From: Amphiscolops sp. MND2022
Lineage: Eukaryota
Direction: 5' to 3'
Length of the DNA: 64,000 nt
Assembly (NCBI GenBank): GCA_964187785.1
Contig: OZ076418.1
Coordinates: 21,948,001-22,012,000, forward strand
Each line of letters begins with the position of its first letter. Positions within the stretch are counted from its first letter, which is position 1. A program made the position numbers and the translations under genes. Below are positions 1-12,439 of the stretch, one piece after another. The notes beneath the pieces are model-generated. The model was not told the DNA's origin, made no database searches, and worked only from the letters and a program-made list of their open reading frames with translations.

Positions 1-461
1 AAAGTTTCTTGAACTGCCGTCCACTGACTAGTGTTTCTCCAGATGTTCGTGATATAGAAGCGCTTACTCCTAATCATTTTCTCTTGGGGAGAGCTCATGG
101 CAAAATTCCTTTGACCTTTTACCATGACAAAAGTACACCTTTGACTCGACAATGGAAATTTGCCCAACAACTTGCCGACCACGTATGGAAGCGACTGCAG
201 AAAGAATATTATCCAACTTTATTACCTAGAAAGAAATGGACAGCTAAAACCATAGATTTGAAACCTGGTACACTTGTTTGGATTCTGAAACAATTCACTC
301 CAAGAGGCTTATGGCCTTTGGGTCGTGTCATTAAGGCACTGTCACACGATTCAACCCAATTCAAAAGATATCTGGTCAAAACTCGACTGGGTGAGAAGGA
401 ATACCCAGCTGTACAGCTTGCACCTTTAAACTTCGTTAATCAAGATGGAACTGAAAACTAA
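1..461 (+). mobile_element. BEL/Pao LTR retrotransposon, pol C-terminus (integrase end, DUF5641-like), intronic and antisense to the host gene
   Basis: NCRPLT..EALTPNHFLLGR...W..W..EY...R.KW...DL..G.LV...PRGLWPLGRVI is the characteristic BEL/Pao motif series. Confidence 0.9.
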
Positions 462-1275
462 GACTTTTTTTCGATCTTCACTTTGGAAATTTATTTTGCG
501 TTGCAAAATGAGGCCGGCTGTTAGTGATCATCTCAAAAAGGAATATTTCACGTGGCTTCAAAACAATTCTCAAGAAAGATTCAACTCCGAAATTCAGAAC
601 AAACTTTTCACACTTCCGGAAAAAGCAACTGAACATTTCCGCCAACTTGGACTTTCGAAAAACTTTCTTCCACGCAAATTATCATCAACTCAAACTTTTC
701 TGTTGAATTACCTTCATTCAATCGATGCTTTCTTTACCTTGAAACTAAAATCTAACCAAAGGAATCTTTTATATAAAATACTTTTCCCTTCAAAGAAATA
801 GATTCCCAGATTGATCGGAACGGTCAATAAATACTAAATAACTGTTTCCAACATTGCAAAATCTGACCCTCCAATCAATCTGGGTCACTGCAATTACCCA
901 TGAGAAAAGGATATTTATTACAATATCGAACCCGCAACTCTTTTTCATTCCGTTTCTTACGTACACATTGAGAGTATTTACTTCAGGGTTTTTACCATAA
1001 TTTTTTCAACAATTTTCAATGATTTTTTCATGACAAATCTATGAATATATCAGGGAAAAGGTTTGTGAAAGGAAGCTCATTGGCGTTCGTCGCTTTTTCA
1101 TTATCAGGTTTTGCCCGTTTCATCACGTTCAGAATACGAAATACAAGACATTTGGACTCGAAAAATTCAAGAAAATGATACCTTGAATGAAGTACCAGCT
1201 GTATGTTTCACTTTCGAGTTAGAATAATTGAACTCTATCAGGAGGAAATGATACAAAGAAAAGAAGGTAACCAAC

Positions 1276-1375
1276 TTGTTCGGCAGAACTGCTGCCCGAG
1301 AGAGCGGTGAATCCCACGATGTCCGAGAAGTAGATTGTAGCTTCGTCGAACCATTCGGACTCCACTTTCTCGTTT
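1276..1375 (-). CDS. Receptor guanylyl cyclase exon 7 (start of the cyclase catalytic domain); the gene continues left of the window
   Basis: Not in the ORF track. TTCAG|A; reads (R)[33 protein letters not shown]. Phase 2 matches exon 6. Donor most likely CAA|GTTGGT (alternative G|GTTACC). Confidence 0.9.
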
Positions 1376-2266
1376 CTGAACAAAAAACCTTTTAACGGTC
1401 AGCATTTCAGTGTTCATACCGAAACGACGCAGTACGCAGTGCGTAATATCTCCAACACGTCGAAAAGCGTTGGCTGATAATAATAAACTTGAAGGAATTT
1501 AATTTCATCACTATTGATTAAAATCAACGAAGTGAAATAAGCACTCTTTTTTCAACGTCCTAATTTGATTTACGAATTAGTAAAATATGTAGACACAAAA
1601 CTTGAGAATTTTTTGTTGACAATCATTTTGCAACAGTAATATTTGGAAGTTGGGATTTGAATCTCAATCGGAATTCACCAGACTACCATAGTAAAGAACT
1701 GGGTCGTGATGATATTCACATTCCATACTTTTGAAGACTACCTCGAGCCAACAATTTCAGAAAATTTTTCTCACGGACGTTAAATAGGAAGTTGATATCT
1801 ACGGAATAACTTTAAAAGTAGAAAAAGGTATGTTTCAAATTTACTCAACGGCAAAGTTACCAGAAGCTCTAAAGACGGAAACTGCCCAAATCTGTGCCCT
1901 GCTTAAAACTTGAGCAGCGCAAAGTCTTCAAAATAAGCTCAAAGGCTGTTTAAAAGAAATTCTAAAAAAAACTATGTCAAAAAAATTGACGTTGCTCTCG
2001 ACGAGAATCAAAAATTTGCAAAACCATTTAGAATCGAACGAAGAGTAACTTGATTTTATTCAGAATTGAAATGGTTTATACTACTTTCATTTATACTACA
2101 TATAGTGCTGTTACGTGCAGTATACCTCCTAGAGCGCCATAAAACCACAGTTCCAAAAACTTACAAAAACCTATATAAAACCACAGTTCCAAAAAACTCA
2201 AAAGGGATCGATTTTTTAATGTTTTTTTTTCGGCGCTTTTTGTAACAAAAATAAATGGTCCACGTC

Positions 2267-2455
2267 CAGAGTTGGAACCGGGCTACGCTTGAAAAAAAGG
2301 CTGGGACGGGCCTGTGTTTTGATAGGTGAAGAACAAAAAGGGTTCGAATTAAATTCATTTGTGGGTCTGTTAGTAGGAGTTTCAAAACCATTGACAGGGC
2401 CAGGTCGGGCTTGAATGTGACCGGGCCTAGATATTCAGGCCCCGTTCCAACTCTG
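2267..2455. mobile_element. hAT-like MITE
   Basis: TIR CAGAGTTGGAAC.GGGC / GCCCCGTTCCAACTCTG; degraded 8-bp TSD TCCACGTC / CCCACCTC; subterminal CGGGC repeats. Confidence 0.7.
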
Positions 2456-2529
2456 CCCACCTCATACAAGTTTTTCTGTCAGACCACAGACCTCATACTC
2501 AATGGTCCATTTTTTGAACAGATGTTCCT

Positions 2530-2597
2530 GCCAAAGTGGTCTAGTGGTTAGGATGCCCGCATCGCAAGTAGGAAGCATTGCGTTCGAAACCTTTTTT
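2530..2597 (+). ncRNA. tRNA-derived Pol III cassette (pseudo-tRNA / SINE-like head)
   Basis: A-box TGGTCTAGTGG, B-box GTTCGAAAC, followed by a T6 terminator; the cloverleaf stems are imperfect. Confidence 0.55.
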
Positions 2598-3425
2598 CAT
2601 GTTTGCAAACCTTGATGTAATCAAAGGATCCAGAGGAAAGAATTTTTAAGCCCAAAAATTTTCTGGTGCATTTTTTCATCTCTGGTCAAAACTGAGAAGC
2701 TATTGAGGATCGTGTATCTCAGGTACTAAAAACATACAGGTATTTTTCGTCAGTGATATCTATCAGAATTTTCATGAAAACAGCATTTAAGCATATTTGA
2801 AAAATTTGCACTCTTTACTCAGTGAACTCTTTACTCAAGCGTGCGAATATGAAACCAGAGAACTAGCTGGAGCGGTTAATTGAGATTCGTCACCTGAACA
2901 ACTAACTGCGTGAAACCATCAACTTGATTGAAATTGATCAACAAAGCGCTCGACAACCACAAGAACTGTAAAAGAATTCACTATTTATGGAATCCAGTGA
3001 TTCGCTCAGTGGTCAACTCAGCAGTTGGTCCCTTACTATTGAACTTTAAGAGTTCAAACTGAAAGAGGTGGAGCGAACAGCACAAGTCATATTAGTCATA
3101 TTCAAGATAAATTAGACGACAGATAAGACATTTCGAATTAGGCGACAGATAAGACATTTCGGCGTTTTAAAGTGGACGTGACTAATTTTTTTCATTTTTC
3201 ATTTTAACACTAAAATTCAAGAGCGAAAATAAGTGTTACTTCATTTCCGGTTCAACTTTAGCTGGTCAATACTGATAGAAGCGATTGCGCGTCGTTTATT
3301 CCAGGTACTAAAAGCGTGAAGCGATTGTACTTGACTTTAGAGGATCAGTAATATCTCATTTCCGTTGACACTTTCACTATTGGAAAAGCATTAATATAGA
3401 GGTGTACAGCAACTTCGGTCTTGAC

Positions 3426-3843
3426 CAGTGTATTGTCGTATACTGAGTGCCTCTTATAACGTGTAATCGTATTATCGAAGGTTTCGTATATCGTATTATT
3501 CGTATAATTTGCCTCTTATATCGTATAAAGGCATGGAGCACGATTTTTGGATCATTTTTCTATCGGAAAGTGTTAATTGCTTCAGGAAAGGAGATTGCAA
3601 TAGTATCACGTAAAGCCTATTTCCATTTTAGGATGCATTTCATTTGAAATTTATTACAAAAATTACATATTTTTCAAAAACTTCTTAGCCCGTTACGGCA
3701 AAATCGATGTAAAAAGACTGAAAAGCGATTCTCCGTATAACTCGTATAATAATGGCGGCATCTTCGTATAACATGTATTCGTATAACAAATTGTGGGTTT
3801 CTAATAATTTTTCGCATAATCGTATATCTTGTATAATACACTG
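3426..3843. mobile_element. hAT MITE
   Basis: TIR CAGTGTATT / AATACACTG; exact 8-bp TSD GTCTTGAC; many TCGTATA subterminal repeats. Confidence 0.88.
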
Positions 3844-5146
3844 GTCTTGACCTGAAATGGATCCTAATCTTAAAGACTCAATTCATTATTGAGCTCCGCG
3901 AAATATTAAATGTACCAACATAAGAAACTTCATCTATTGCCTTATATGCAGGAGCGAAGCGGAGCAACATCAAGTTAGAATTACATTTCAATAATTAGGT
4001 CTGGTATTTTGTTCTTATGGTGTTTTGACCTGTATTCAAAGAAGAATAAACGAAATTTTCAAAAGTCATGTCATGCTAGAACATGAAAATGTATCCACAA
4101 AGTTGGCTTCCACGTTCAGTTTTTTTTCGTTTTAATCATCTCTGAATGAAATAATTTTTACGCTGACATTTCAGCCTGCGAAAATTAAAGAAAAAACAGT
4201 AAAGCATGACGTGCATTTTCTGTTCTACCACTAACATAATTGACACACAAATTAATTAAATGGAGTCTAAAAACAGACAAACTTGGGCAATAGAGCTTAA
4301 ATGATCTTGTCCATTTTTCATTCAAAAAACATTAGAAGAATTGCTTACATTCATAGAAACCAATAATTTAAGCGCCTATTATGTAATTACCGTCACTGCA
4401 TATCTTGTTTGTCATTGTCTAAGTGATCCCGTACCTTTAGATCAGATAATGAAACCTACAAAAATGAGATGAATTCACAACATGCAATCAGGCATATTTA
4501 TAAAAAGTGCGCCGCATGAATTCTTCGCCATTGAAACTTAGAAAATTGAATGTAGAACACTCACTACATGATAATTTGACTTGTACTATTCAATGCAGGC
4601 ATTTGACATTTCAATTAAGTAGTGACGTAACGTTGAATTATTGAAGCAGACAGAAAAGTCCATCAAAGAACCACTTAAAACTAGTCTTTAGCAAAGAATC
4701 TATTTTGATAATGACGTGAGCCCAAATGACGTGAAATTTGCATCCAATTTGAGCATTCCTGAGAACTTCATTAACCTTAAAAATCACTATCAAAGGTTTT
4801 GCTTTGCTATTCAAACGTGACGGCTAGGTGCTAGGTCACAACTGTCCAACTGCGCCTTTGATTGACTGTCCAATTGGCTGACAATAATTTCCAGAGGATA
4901 TCAGACCTGGATAAAATATAGTTTATAAACCTGAAAGAATGAAATAAGGTTTTCATGGAGATCAGGAAATGAAGCTGGCTGATCTTGAATTAAAATCATT
5001 TCATTTTTTGTATCTTTTGAAATGATAAATTCCGCCGAAATGAGAAATGGGATCTTTTCTGTCAATTTCTTTTGTCAATTCACCTACCCCCAAGAGATAC
5101 TATCATTGAATTGATAGTAACAAGTTGTTACTATCAATTCAATGAT

Positions 5147-5508
5147 AGGCGTCCGTACAATTGGCCAACCGCTCAACCGGCCGACTGCAGTTAGCCGACC
5201 CGATCAGTGAAAATTTTATGCAACTATAATTTGCATCGAATCAAAAATATGTGCAAAAATTTTGTTTGTGAACACGCTTACATGCAACTGAAACTCATCG
5301 CTGATAGTGGTGGGGAATTAAAACCCGCGCTTACTGTGGGGGGTGGGGGATTAACAGAAAAGATGTGAGAAATGTAAGCGTGTTCACAAACAAAATTTTT
5401 GCACATATTTTTGATTCGATGCAAATTATAGTTGCATAAAATTTTCACTGATCGGGTCGGCTAACTGCAGTCGGCCGGTTGAGCGGTTGGCCAATTGTAC
5501 GGACGCCT
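5147..5508. mobile_element. Young fold-back MITE with 137-bp TIRs (PIF/Harbinger-like TSD size)
   Basis: Arms 5147-5283 and 5372-5508 read as perfect reverse complements; 3-bp flanking repeat GAT. Confidence 0.88.
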
Positions 5509-5769
5509 GATGATTATGGGAACAAGGTTTTTCTGACTTGGCAAACTTCAACTGCTAATTGCATGGTCCTGTATTCTCATGTCTAAAAAAGTTCACTCAG
5601 AAACGTGGCCTAAAAAACTAGAAAACCATTGATCACAATTTCCATTTTTTTTTCAAAAACGGAAACGTTTAACGTAATCGGACAATTGGATACGTTATTT
5701 TCCCAAAAAAAGTAACTAAATTCAGCAGCTTTGAAATTGAGAACCTACCAGGAAGTAGCTTAAAAACTA

Positions 5770-5942
5770 CAGTGGAATCCGGCTAATTCGTATCGCTAGG
5801 GACTGAATAAAATACTACGAATAACGAGAAATACGAATTAACAGGATGATTTTACTTCGTCGTCCTGAAATGGGGATCTCAAAGACGTACGAATTAAACG
5901 AAGATCCGAATTATCCGGATACGAATTAACCAGAGTTGACTG
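5770..5942. mobile_element. Tc1/mariner (pogo/Tigger-like) MITE
   Basis: TA|CAGTGGAATCCGGCTAATTCGTATC...GATACGAATTAACCAGAGTTGACTG|TA; a second copy lies at 10442-10614. Confidence 0.85.
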
Positions 5943-6199
5943 TATAATCAATTCATGCCCCTTAATAAGCTTCAATCACTACGCTATCTTGTCCTACTGT
6001 TATAGCTTGCTGAACTTCGCATTTTGGAAAGACGAAGAGATCAAGAAATGAACAGAAATAAAATTAGAAAGACCACGTGTTAAAAAGAACGTCAGTCAAA
6101 CTCAAACTGACAATGAGTTGTTTACCAACAACAGATATCTTTTTACTGGTGCTCTGGTGCCGACTAAACTGAATTCTAGAGTTAGCGCACAAAACGGCG

Positions 6200-6700
6200 T
6201 CCTTATTGCACGAAGAAAGAATATGATAAACACGACGGAATCTATTTTAAAAGAAATTAGCAAAGCGGATGCCAATTTTCAGTAATGAAAACGGTTAATT
6301 AGAGATAGTTCTTGTAATCCAGGATAATGTGGAATCCTTCCATTTCTAAGAACGAGAAAAGCCGCAGGGCAATTTGGAGCATTAGCAGGCATGATGAAGT
6401 TGTTGTATTTTTGTAGCACAGGAAAATGCGTGAGTATGGATGGTATCACTGGTACTTACCAAAAGTCCTTAGATTCAATATAATTAAATGGTGCACTTAT
6501 TTCATCTGCTTGCAAATACGAACGCTTATGATAGATGCTATCGAACGAATTAAAGCAGAAAAAGCATATTTTTTGCAAACATTAATCTAATAACACGGCA
6601 AAAAAACGGCGCCAAAAATTCCGAAAACAAATACTATGTGCCTTTCTAGCCTCATTAGTCGACTTGCTGCGTATTAACCGAGCACTCTAACTTCTAGATC
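6200..6700. repeat. Dispersed ~500-bp repeat, homologous to 15200-15730
   Basis: Colinear blocks such as AACGGTTAATTAGAGA, TCTGCTTGCAAATACGAAC and AAAAAACGGCGCCAAAAATT..GAAAACAAATACTATGTGCCTTTCTAGCCTC occur in both copies. Confidence 0.8.
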
Positions 6701-8442
6701 GAGAATAACAGTGGAAGTAGTTAAAAATAACGGTTAATTGGTATCACATACATCATCTAAAGAAGTGATTTCGAACAAAAAACTCTTGGGATAGATCGTT
6801 CAATGAAAAACCACGCCAAATCATTGAAAACTAACTTCTGCAGATTTTCAACTTGAAGATATGACCGAAAAGGAGCAATTTTTGATGGAATTGGCACTAA
6901 TAGGTGTTTTTCTGCAGTTCAATTCGCTTTTATATTATTGTAAAAGGCATGATTTTATCCACTGGGCTCAAATATAGCTCTTATTCTTGTCTCTTCAACA
7001 TGTTAAAAATGTTTAACCGATTAGGAAATAAATAACCATTTAATCGACTCTCCTACAAAAGACAGACTATCCTACAATACGGAAAATTGCCAGTTGCAAA
7101 AGCTTCTTCGAATTTTTTTGTACTTTTCAAAGGTTCAAAATTTGACAAAAATCAAAAGTTGAAAATAAACTTTGACAAAATTTTATCAAAACTGCATTTC
7201 TCATTTCCCAAAAAAGTTTCAAAAATGAATTCATCTCGTATACATGTATTGCAGTACTCGTAGACACAAAATAGTGTACACTTCTAATTCAAAACAAATT
7301 CTAAAACCAAAAAATTCAGTAGGTTCAGATTATAAATAGTCTCCGAATGAACAAAACTTCCTAAAATTTCGATTTTCAGGAGCTGAAATTTCAAAAAAAA
7401 ATTCTAACCAAAATTTCCTAAAAATTGCAATTTGCAACAAAGAATTTTTCTAACTGAAAAACATCCAAAAAGCCAAAGGGTGGGACCCTTTTGTGAACAT
7501 TCAATTGTCAAAAAAGGTCCCGGCCTGTTATTATTGTTCATTGACGATCATCATTGACGAGACGCAAAAATGACGTTCGAAAACAAACGCAAACAAAAAT
7601 GTATTCATGAATTTTCTTATTAACCTTACAACATATGCGCTCACACTCTCTATCATAGGCAAAAAACTTCCATACTCTTGGCTTTTTTATTACATTGAAA
7701 AGAATAGGAAGAGACTGAATTTCTTGATATTTGCATTCGAGATGAGTACGAACTGAATCCTACTATTTGTATCCTGGGTTTAAACATGCACTTCATTATA
7801 GTTACTAGTTCTCGGACAATTTCCCAAGAGAACCAATTAATTAAATCCTGATGCAAGTTTAGATGGAAATTAGGCAACCAAGTTGAAATTACGAAAACAA
7901 GATCATTTTAACGGAAGGGATTTCATGGCATTCATTTCCACTTATTACATCATATCACTCCATGGTATGCTTGCTGAACTTTGTTTTGCGTCATAATAAC
8001 ATTAGAATTGAACATCTTTGTCAGGACATCAAAATGTTTCATTCAAAGCTTGTAAAATATATCAAATTAGGTTTTTACAAGAAGAATACACTATGTATTT
8101 TTGCTAACCGAATGAATTATTTTCAAGTTGAGAAAAAAAAACATTTTAAAATTCACGTTTTGAATTTTACATGCAGTTTCGATGATCAAGCCACCGAGTA
8201 TTACAGCCCATCAGAAGTTCACCCATATCCCTATAAATCTGACATTGATTCTATAATTCTAACAAAACGATGGGATCTTTTCTTCGGTAACTCGAAAAAG
8301 TTCAGTGTCAAAAAATTCGCACAATGCTCTGTTCCTGCAAAAATCAAATGGGGCACTTCGATTGAAAAATGATTAAAAAATCGCATAGTGCCAAAAAACA
8401 CAAACGGGACACTTTGCTCTCACCTCTACTTTTGCAAGCCTA

Positions 8443-9236
8443 AACAAGCCGGGAACGGCCCAAGTCGGCGCCATATCTAAGGCTCAAAAATAGCAAAAGG
8501 ACTTAAAGTGTCAACGTATTCTCTTCTAAAGCACCCAAAAACCCAAAAGTTGGACCGGATTGGCGCGCCAGGGGAACGCTTTGACATTTTCCATCCCTTC
8601 TGTCGCAAATCATCAAAAAAATTGAAGGGGGACCCTTTGGTGAAAAAAATGAAAAAATATCTCACTATTCCGAAAAAAAACTGAAAGGGGGACCTTTTGG
8701 TATTTTTCAACGTCCACTCTGCCGCAAAATTCCAGAAAAAAATGAAGGCGGAACATTTACGGATTTTTTTGTCTAAAAGAAGTAGCACTATGTCGAAATG
8801 AAAAAAAATGGGAAAAAGATTTACCGAATTATTTTTCGAAACTTTTTTGAAGTCATCGTTAAGTCGCATAGTGCCGAAAAATGTAAAAGGGGGGACCCTT
8901 TGGGATTTTTTGAACGTCCAATCTCTTGCAAAATATAAAAAAATGAAGTGAGGACCCTTTGGAGACATTGAAAAAAATTGCGAAAAAAAGTCTCAAAGCC
9001 GAAATTACATGCACAAAAAAAATGGTCAAGGGTGAGACTCGAACCCACGTCGTTCTGCTTGGCAGACATCAAAAACTATCCTAATTAACCTCTATGCTAA
9101 GTGGCAGTAGAAGTTACAAGTGCGGCAGTTAGTGGACGCAGCATATAACGCTTATGAAATCTGTCACTTCGTTGGTCTTAAAAAAGAAAAGTCACTGCTA
9201 TAGTCTGCGTTTTCTATGAAAAGCGCCGACTAAAAA
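8443..9236 (-). mobile_element. HINE-like (Helentron-associated non-autonomous) element, family 1
   Basis: Sub-TIRs AGTCGGCGC (8463) / GCGCCGACT (9223); terminal hairpin GCCG-GGAA-CGGC; T-rich termini; internal GGGGACCC repeats; tRNA-like cassette at 9023-9105. A degenerate fragment lies upstream at ~8270-8440. Confidence 0.75.
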
Positions 9237-9519
9237 TTGATTTGGTTCCGTAAACAGAAAAGGTTTAACATAGCCGATTAAAAAAATTCAATCAACTTGT
9301 GATCAAATTCATTCTCAAATTTGATTAGACAAAGACACATTCCAAAGGGTAGCCGTAATTTTGTTCGTTCACCATTATAGCCGCTTGAAATTATAACTGA
9401 ATCTACACGCATAAATGGGGGAGGAAAATCATGATCTGTGTTGCGTTTTTTCTAAATTCTGCCAAATCTCCTCCCAGTTCCACCTCACTTAGTTACTTGA
9501 CTATTTTAGTTACTGAGTA

Positions 9520-9672
9520 AAATCTAGTCACCATGGAGCAGTTAATAGTGCGCCTGCCTGGCAGACACGAGGTCGTGTGTTCAAACCCGAGCCGATGCTT
9601 TTTAAGCTGAAACACTGTTATGCTGTTACCCTTTCAGCGGAAAATATCCCGGTGCTTAGCGGGCGTCTTGTT
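9520..9672 (+). mobile_element. tRNA-headed short element ending in a hairpin + CTTGTT (family 3 end)
   Basis: TGGAGCAGTTAA...GTGTTCAAACC then a T-run. The tail GCGGAAAATATCCCGGTGCTTAGCGGGCGTCTTGTT recurs at 33308-33343 and, degenerate, at 22936-22971. Confidence 0.5.
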
Positions 9673-9871
9673 ACAATATAGTTACGAAATCGAAGCTTCG
9701 TTCTCAAGTAGTTTGGTCAATCATAATTGAGAATTCAATCTTATTCTGCTATAAAATGATTCGTCTTTAATGTCTTTAATCTCGTACGGCTATAATCCAT
9801 ACCACCATTCCAAAGATGTATGCGGGTATTTTTGTACATGTAAAACAAAATAGCGTCAATAGAAAATTGTT

Positions 9872-9961
9872 ATAACGTAGTCAGCTATGGTCACGTGTCT
9901 CTAAATCCCTAAATGCAGGAGCCGGAGCTAAGCGACGTGCCATTACTAGTCCAGCGGCTGG
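9872..9961 (-). repeat. Copy of the hairpin-rich 'CTGACTACGTTAT-ended' repeat
   Basis: Reverse complement matches GGCACGTCGCT...CTGCATTTAGGG...ATAGCTGACTACGTTAT of 43510-43647. Confidence 0.75.
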
Positions 9962-10441
9962 ATTTGACGAAGGCCAACCCGGTTATATAAAAATTATGTC
10001 TGATTTTTACCTTGTTACATTTTCGGCTAAGTGGCACCCCGCCGCTGTAATGTTTTTCAGTGGAAATTCATATCATAACTAGTTTTATAACTGCCTCAAG
10101 GGATCGGCTTTTGAATTCTATCATTGCTTTTTCGCAATGCCCAAAATTGTGTCACCTTCTTGGATACTGGAAGCAAGCCAGATAATCACGTGATACATGT
10201 ACTTCATTCAAACTTAAAAAAATGTTCCAGCACTTTCTAACTGAACATCATACAAGTGCGCTGCAGAGAACTTCGATGCTACAGGAGCTTTAATTCTTTC
10301 AAGTTGAAAACCTCATAAACGTTCAAACGAGTGCGTTCGTCTCGCTTCGCTAGCTTCCGTTTAACCTAACTTTATAAAGGCGACTGAATTCTTGCAAGGA
10401 TTTAAAGTACCCATTACGGCCAAAAGAGTAAGCATTGCTTA

Positions 10442-10614
10442 CAGTGGAATCCACCTAATTCGTATCGCTAGGGAGCGAATAAAATAGTACGAATAATGAG
10501 AAATTCGAATTATCCGGATGATATTACTTTGGTCGTCGCGAAATGGCGTCTCAGATACATACGAATTGAACGAAGATCCGAATTATCCGGATACGAATCA
10601 ACCGGAGCTGACTT
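10442..10614. mobile_element. Tc1/mariner (pogo-like) MITE, same family as 5770-5942
   Basis: Colinear similarity over its full length; TA at the left end; right terminus mutated. Confidence 0.82.
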
Positions 10615-11849
10615 TCAATTCTGGTCATACCAAATTTTCTCAGAAAAATCTTGATTCTGGCATTTTGTGACGCAAAAAATTAGATCCAATATATAAAACA
10701 TTCACGGGCAAAAAACATGAAAGGCTTCTATTTATTTGACCAATGCTAGACAGGTCACACAACACAATTGTCATAGAAGCAATTCATTGAAAATTTCTTT
10801 TCAGGCTATCGTTATGTGGCATCTCAACTCTAATATAAAATCACACATTGAACGTGGAAAAATATTTAATTTGACAAATTTTAGAAACGTTGGATCACCA
10901 AGGAGCGATACTGATCAGCGTGTAAAATATATTGTGAATTACGTACAGTGAAATTGATATAAATTGAATATGATGACAAAATATATCTATGGTTTTGTAC
11001 AATAGAATATATTAACTTTTTGTTCCAATGTATTTGTGTTTTAGACAAATATATTTTCGTATTCATTTCAAGGTTGGCAAATAACACAAACGTATGATTA
11101 TATGTATGATTATACGTGAAATACAAGAAACTCGACTCAATTTCTTGGCCAACTATTAAGCATTTGGATTTAGTTAGTGGAAAAATATTTTCACATCTAT
11201 TTACTTGTAGAAAAATTCAGCAAGTGTTATCGTCAAAGTTTGGTATCATTATCATAGATGTGAATACAATCTGAACTGATGTGAAGAAGCTTACAGATGA
11301 ACCCTTTGTTGGAACAAAATATTTTTTGTCTTACAATATAGGTCATCATTATATTTAATATATTTATTGGTCAGGAACAAAGTACATTTTTTTCGAAAAT
11401 TTATTTTTTACATCCCTGATTCTAATGCATTAGTGTTGCATTTTAGTCTACAAAATCAATTTTGTTTTGCCATTTTCAAATACTTGCAAATTTGTACCCA
11501 AAATTGAGGATAAAAGAACGAGATAACAAAACCAACAAATATTCTAAATCGATAGGCCGCCCAAACTAATACCAAATATGTATTCAATTATTGCTTTTCT
11601 TCTTATCACGCTCATTCTCGACTTCAACCAAGTCTTAATTACTATTTCTGAGCCATTCCATTGAACCAGTTCATCAGGAGACAAAGGTCAATGGAATTAG
11701 CAACCGGGCAGCAAAATAGGATCATTTACAAGTGCAGATAATGAATGTAGTACAACTGGGGTAACGTAGTTATTTCTGCTAGATACCATACTGTAATGAA
11801 GGAATTGGACCCCTGTTGGTAAAAATAATTTAGACTGAAAATAAATTCA

Positions 11850-12410
11850 CTGGAAACCCGAGTTTTGAAGGTAGTCGAAAATGCTTAATCAAATATCGTT
11901 AAATTTGTGGAAACACTTCAGAATCAGTTTTGTAAATAATTTTGTAGCTTGCTAATATCACTTCTGACTACTACTAATTCCTGATGTTGTAGCAAATTTT
12001 TCCAAATTTGCCGTACTTTAATAAAAGAATTGGGCCCCTGATTGTAAGAAATGATTTGGACTCAAATCAAACTAGCTCGAAACACGAGTTATTTGAAGGT
12101 AATCAAAAAATGCTTACACAAACATCAATCATTTTGTAAAGGCACTTCATTCATAATCAGTTTTGCAAGCAACTTTAAAGCTTGCTGATATCACTTTTGA
12201 ATACTTGTATTAACTACAGTGGATCCCGGATATAAGAAACTCGCTTATAAGAAATACACGCTTATAGTCAATGCGTATCTTGGCCCTGACTGGCAATTTC
12301 ATTCCTTTTAAAACCCGGATATAAGAAAGTTCGATTATAAGGAACCCCAATAGCGTTCCCCTGACGTTGATTATATCCGGGATCCACTGTACTAATTTCT
12401 GATCTAGGTG
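11850..12410. repeat. Degenerate ~225-bp tandem duplication, interrupted by a MITE
   Basis: GAAACCCGAGTTTTGAAGGTAGTCGAAAATGCTTA (~11853) vs GAAACACGAGTTATTTGAAGGTAATCAAAAAATGCTTA (~12079); CTTGCT.ATATCACTT occurs in both. Confidence 0.5.
12217..12389. mobile_element. Tc1/mariner (Tigger-like) MITE
   Basis: TA|CAGTGGATCCCGGATATAA...TTATATCCGGGATCCACTG|TA: perfect 19-bp TIR. Confidence 0.92.
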
Positions 12411-12439
12411 CAAGTTTTGCCAAATTTAAGTGCATCGTA

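Noticed and set aside
2530-2597. Functional tRNA genes here and at 9023, 15845, 19105 and 28700
   Set aside because: Acceptor or anticodon stems do not pair properly and all lie within repeats; treated as tRNA-derived cassettes.
6440-6650. Minus-strand reading IVFVFGIFG.. resembling a GPCR TM1
   Set aside because: Both repeat copies share in-frame stops at the same places and no further GPCR motifs follow.
8477-9072. ORFs of 83-163 aa here and similar ones at 19172-19967 and 28451-30653
   Set aside because: They lie wholly inside HINE-like repeats, are F/K-rich translations of A/T runs, and have no conserved frame between copies.
11560-11820. Possible LINE ORF1 remnant (EVENERDKRKA, minus strand)
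   Set aside because: Only one short motif amid many stops; insufficient.
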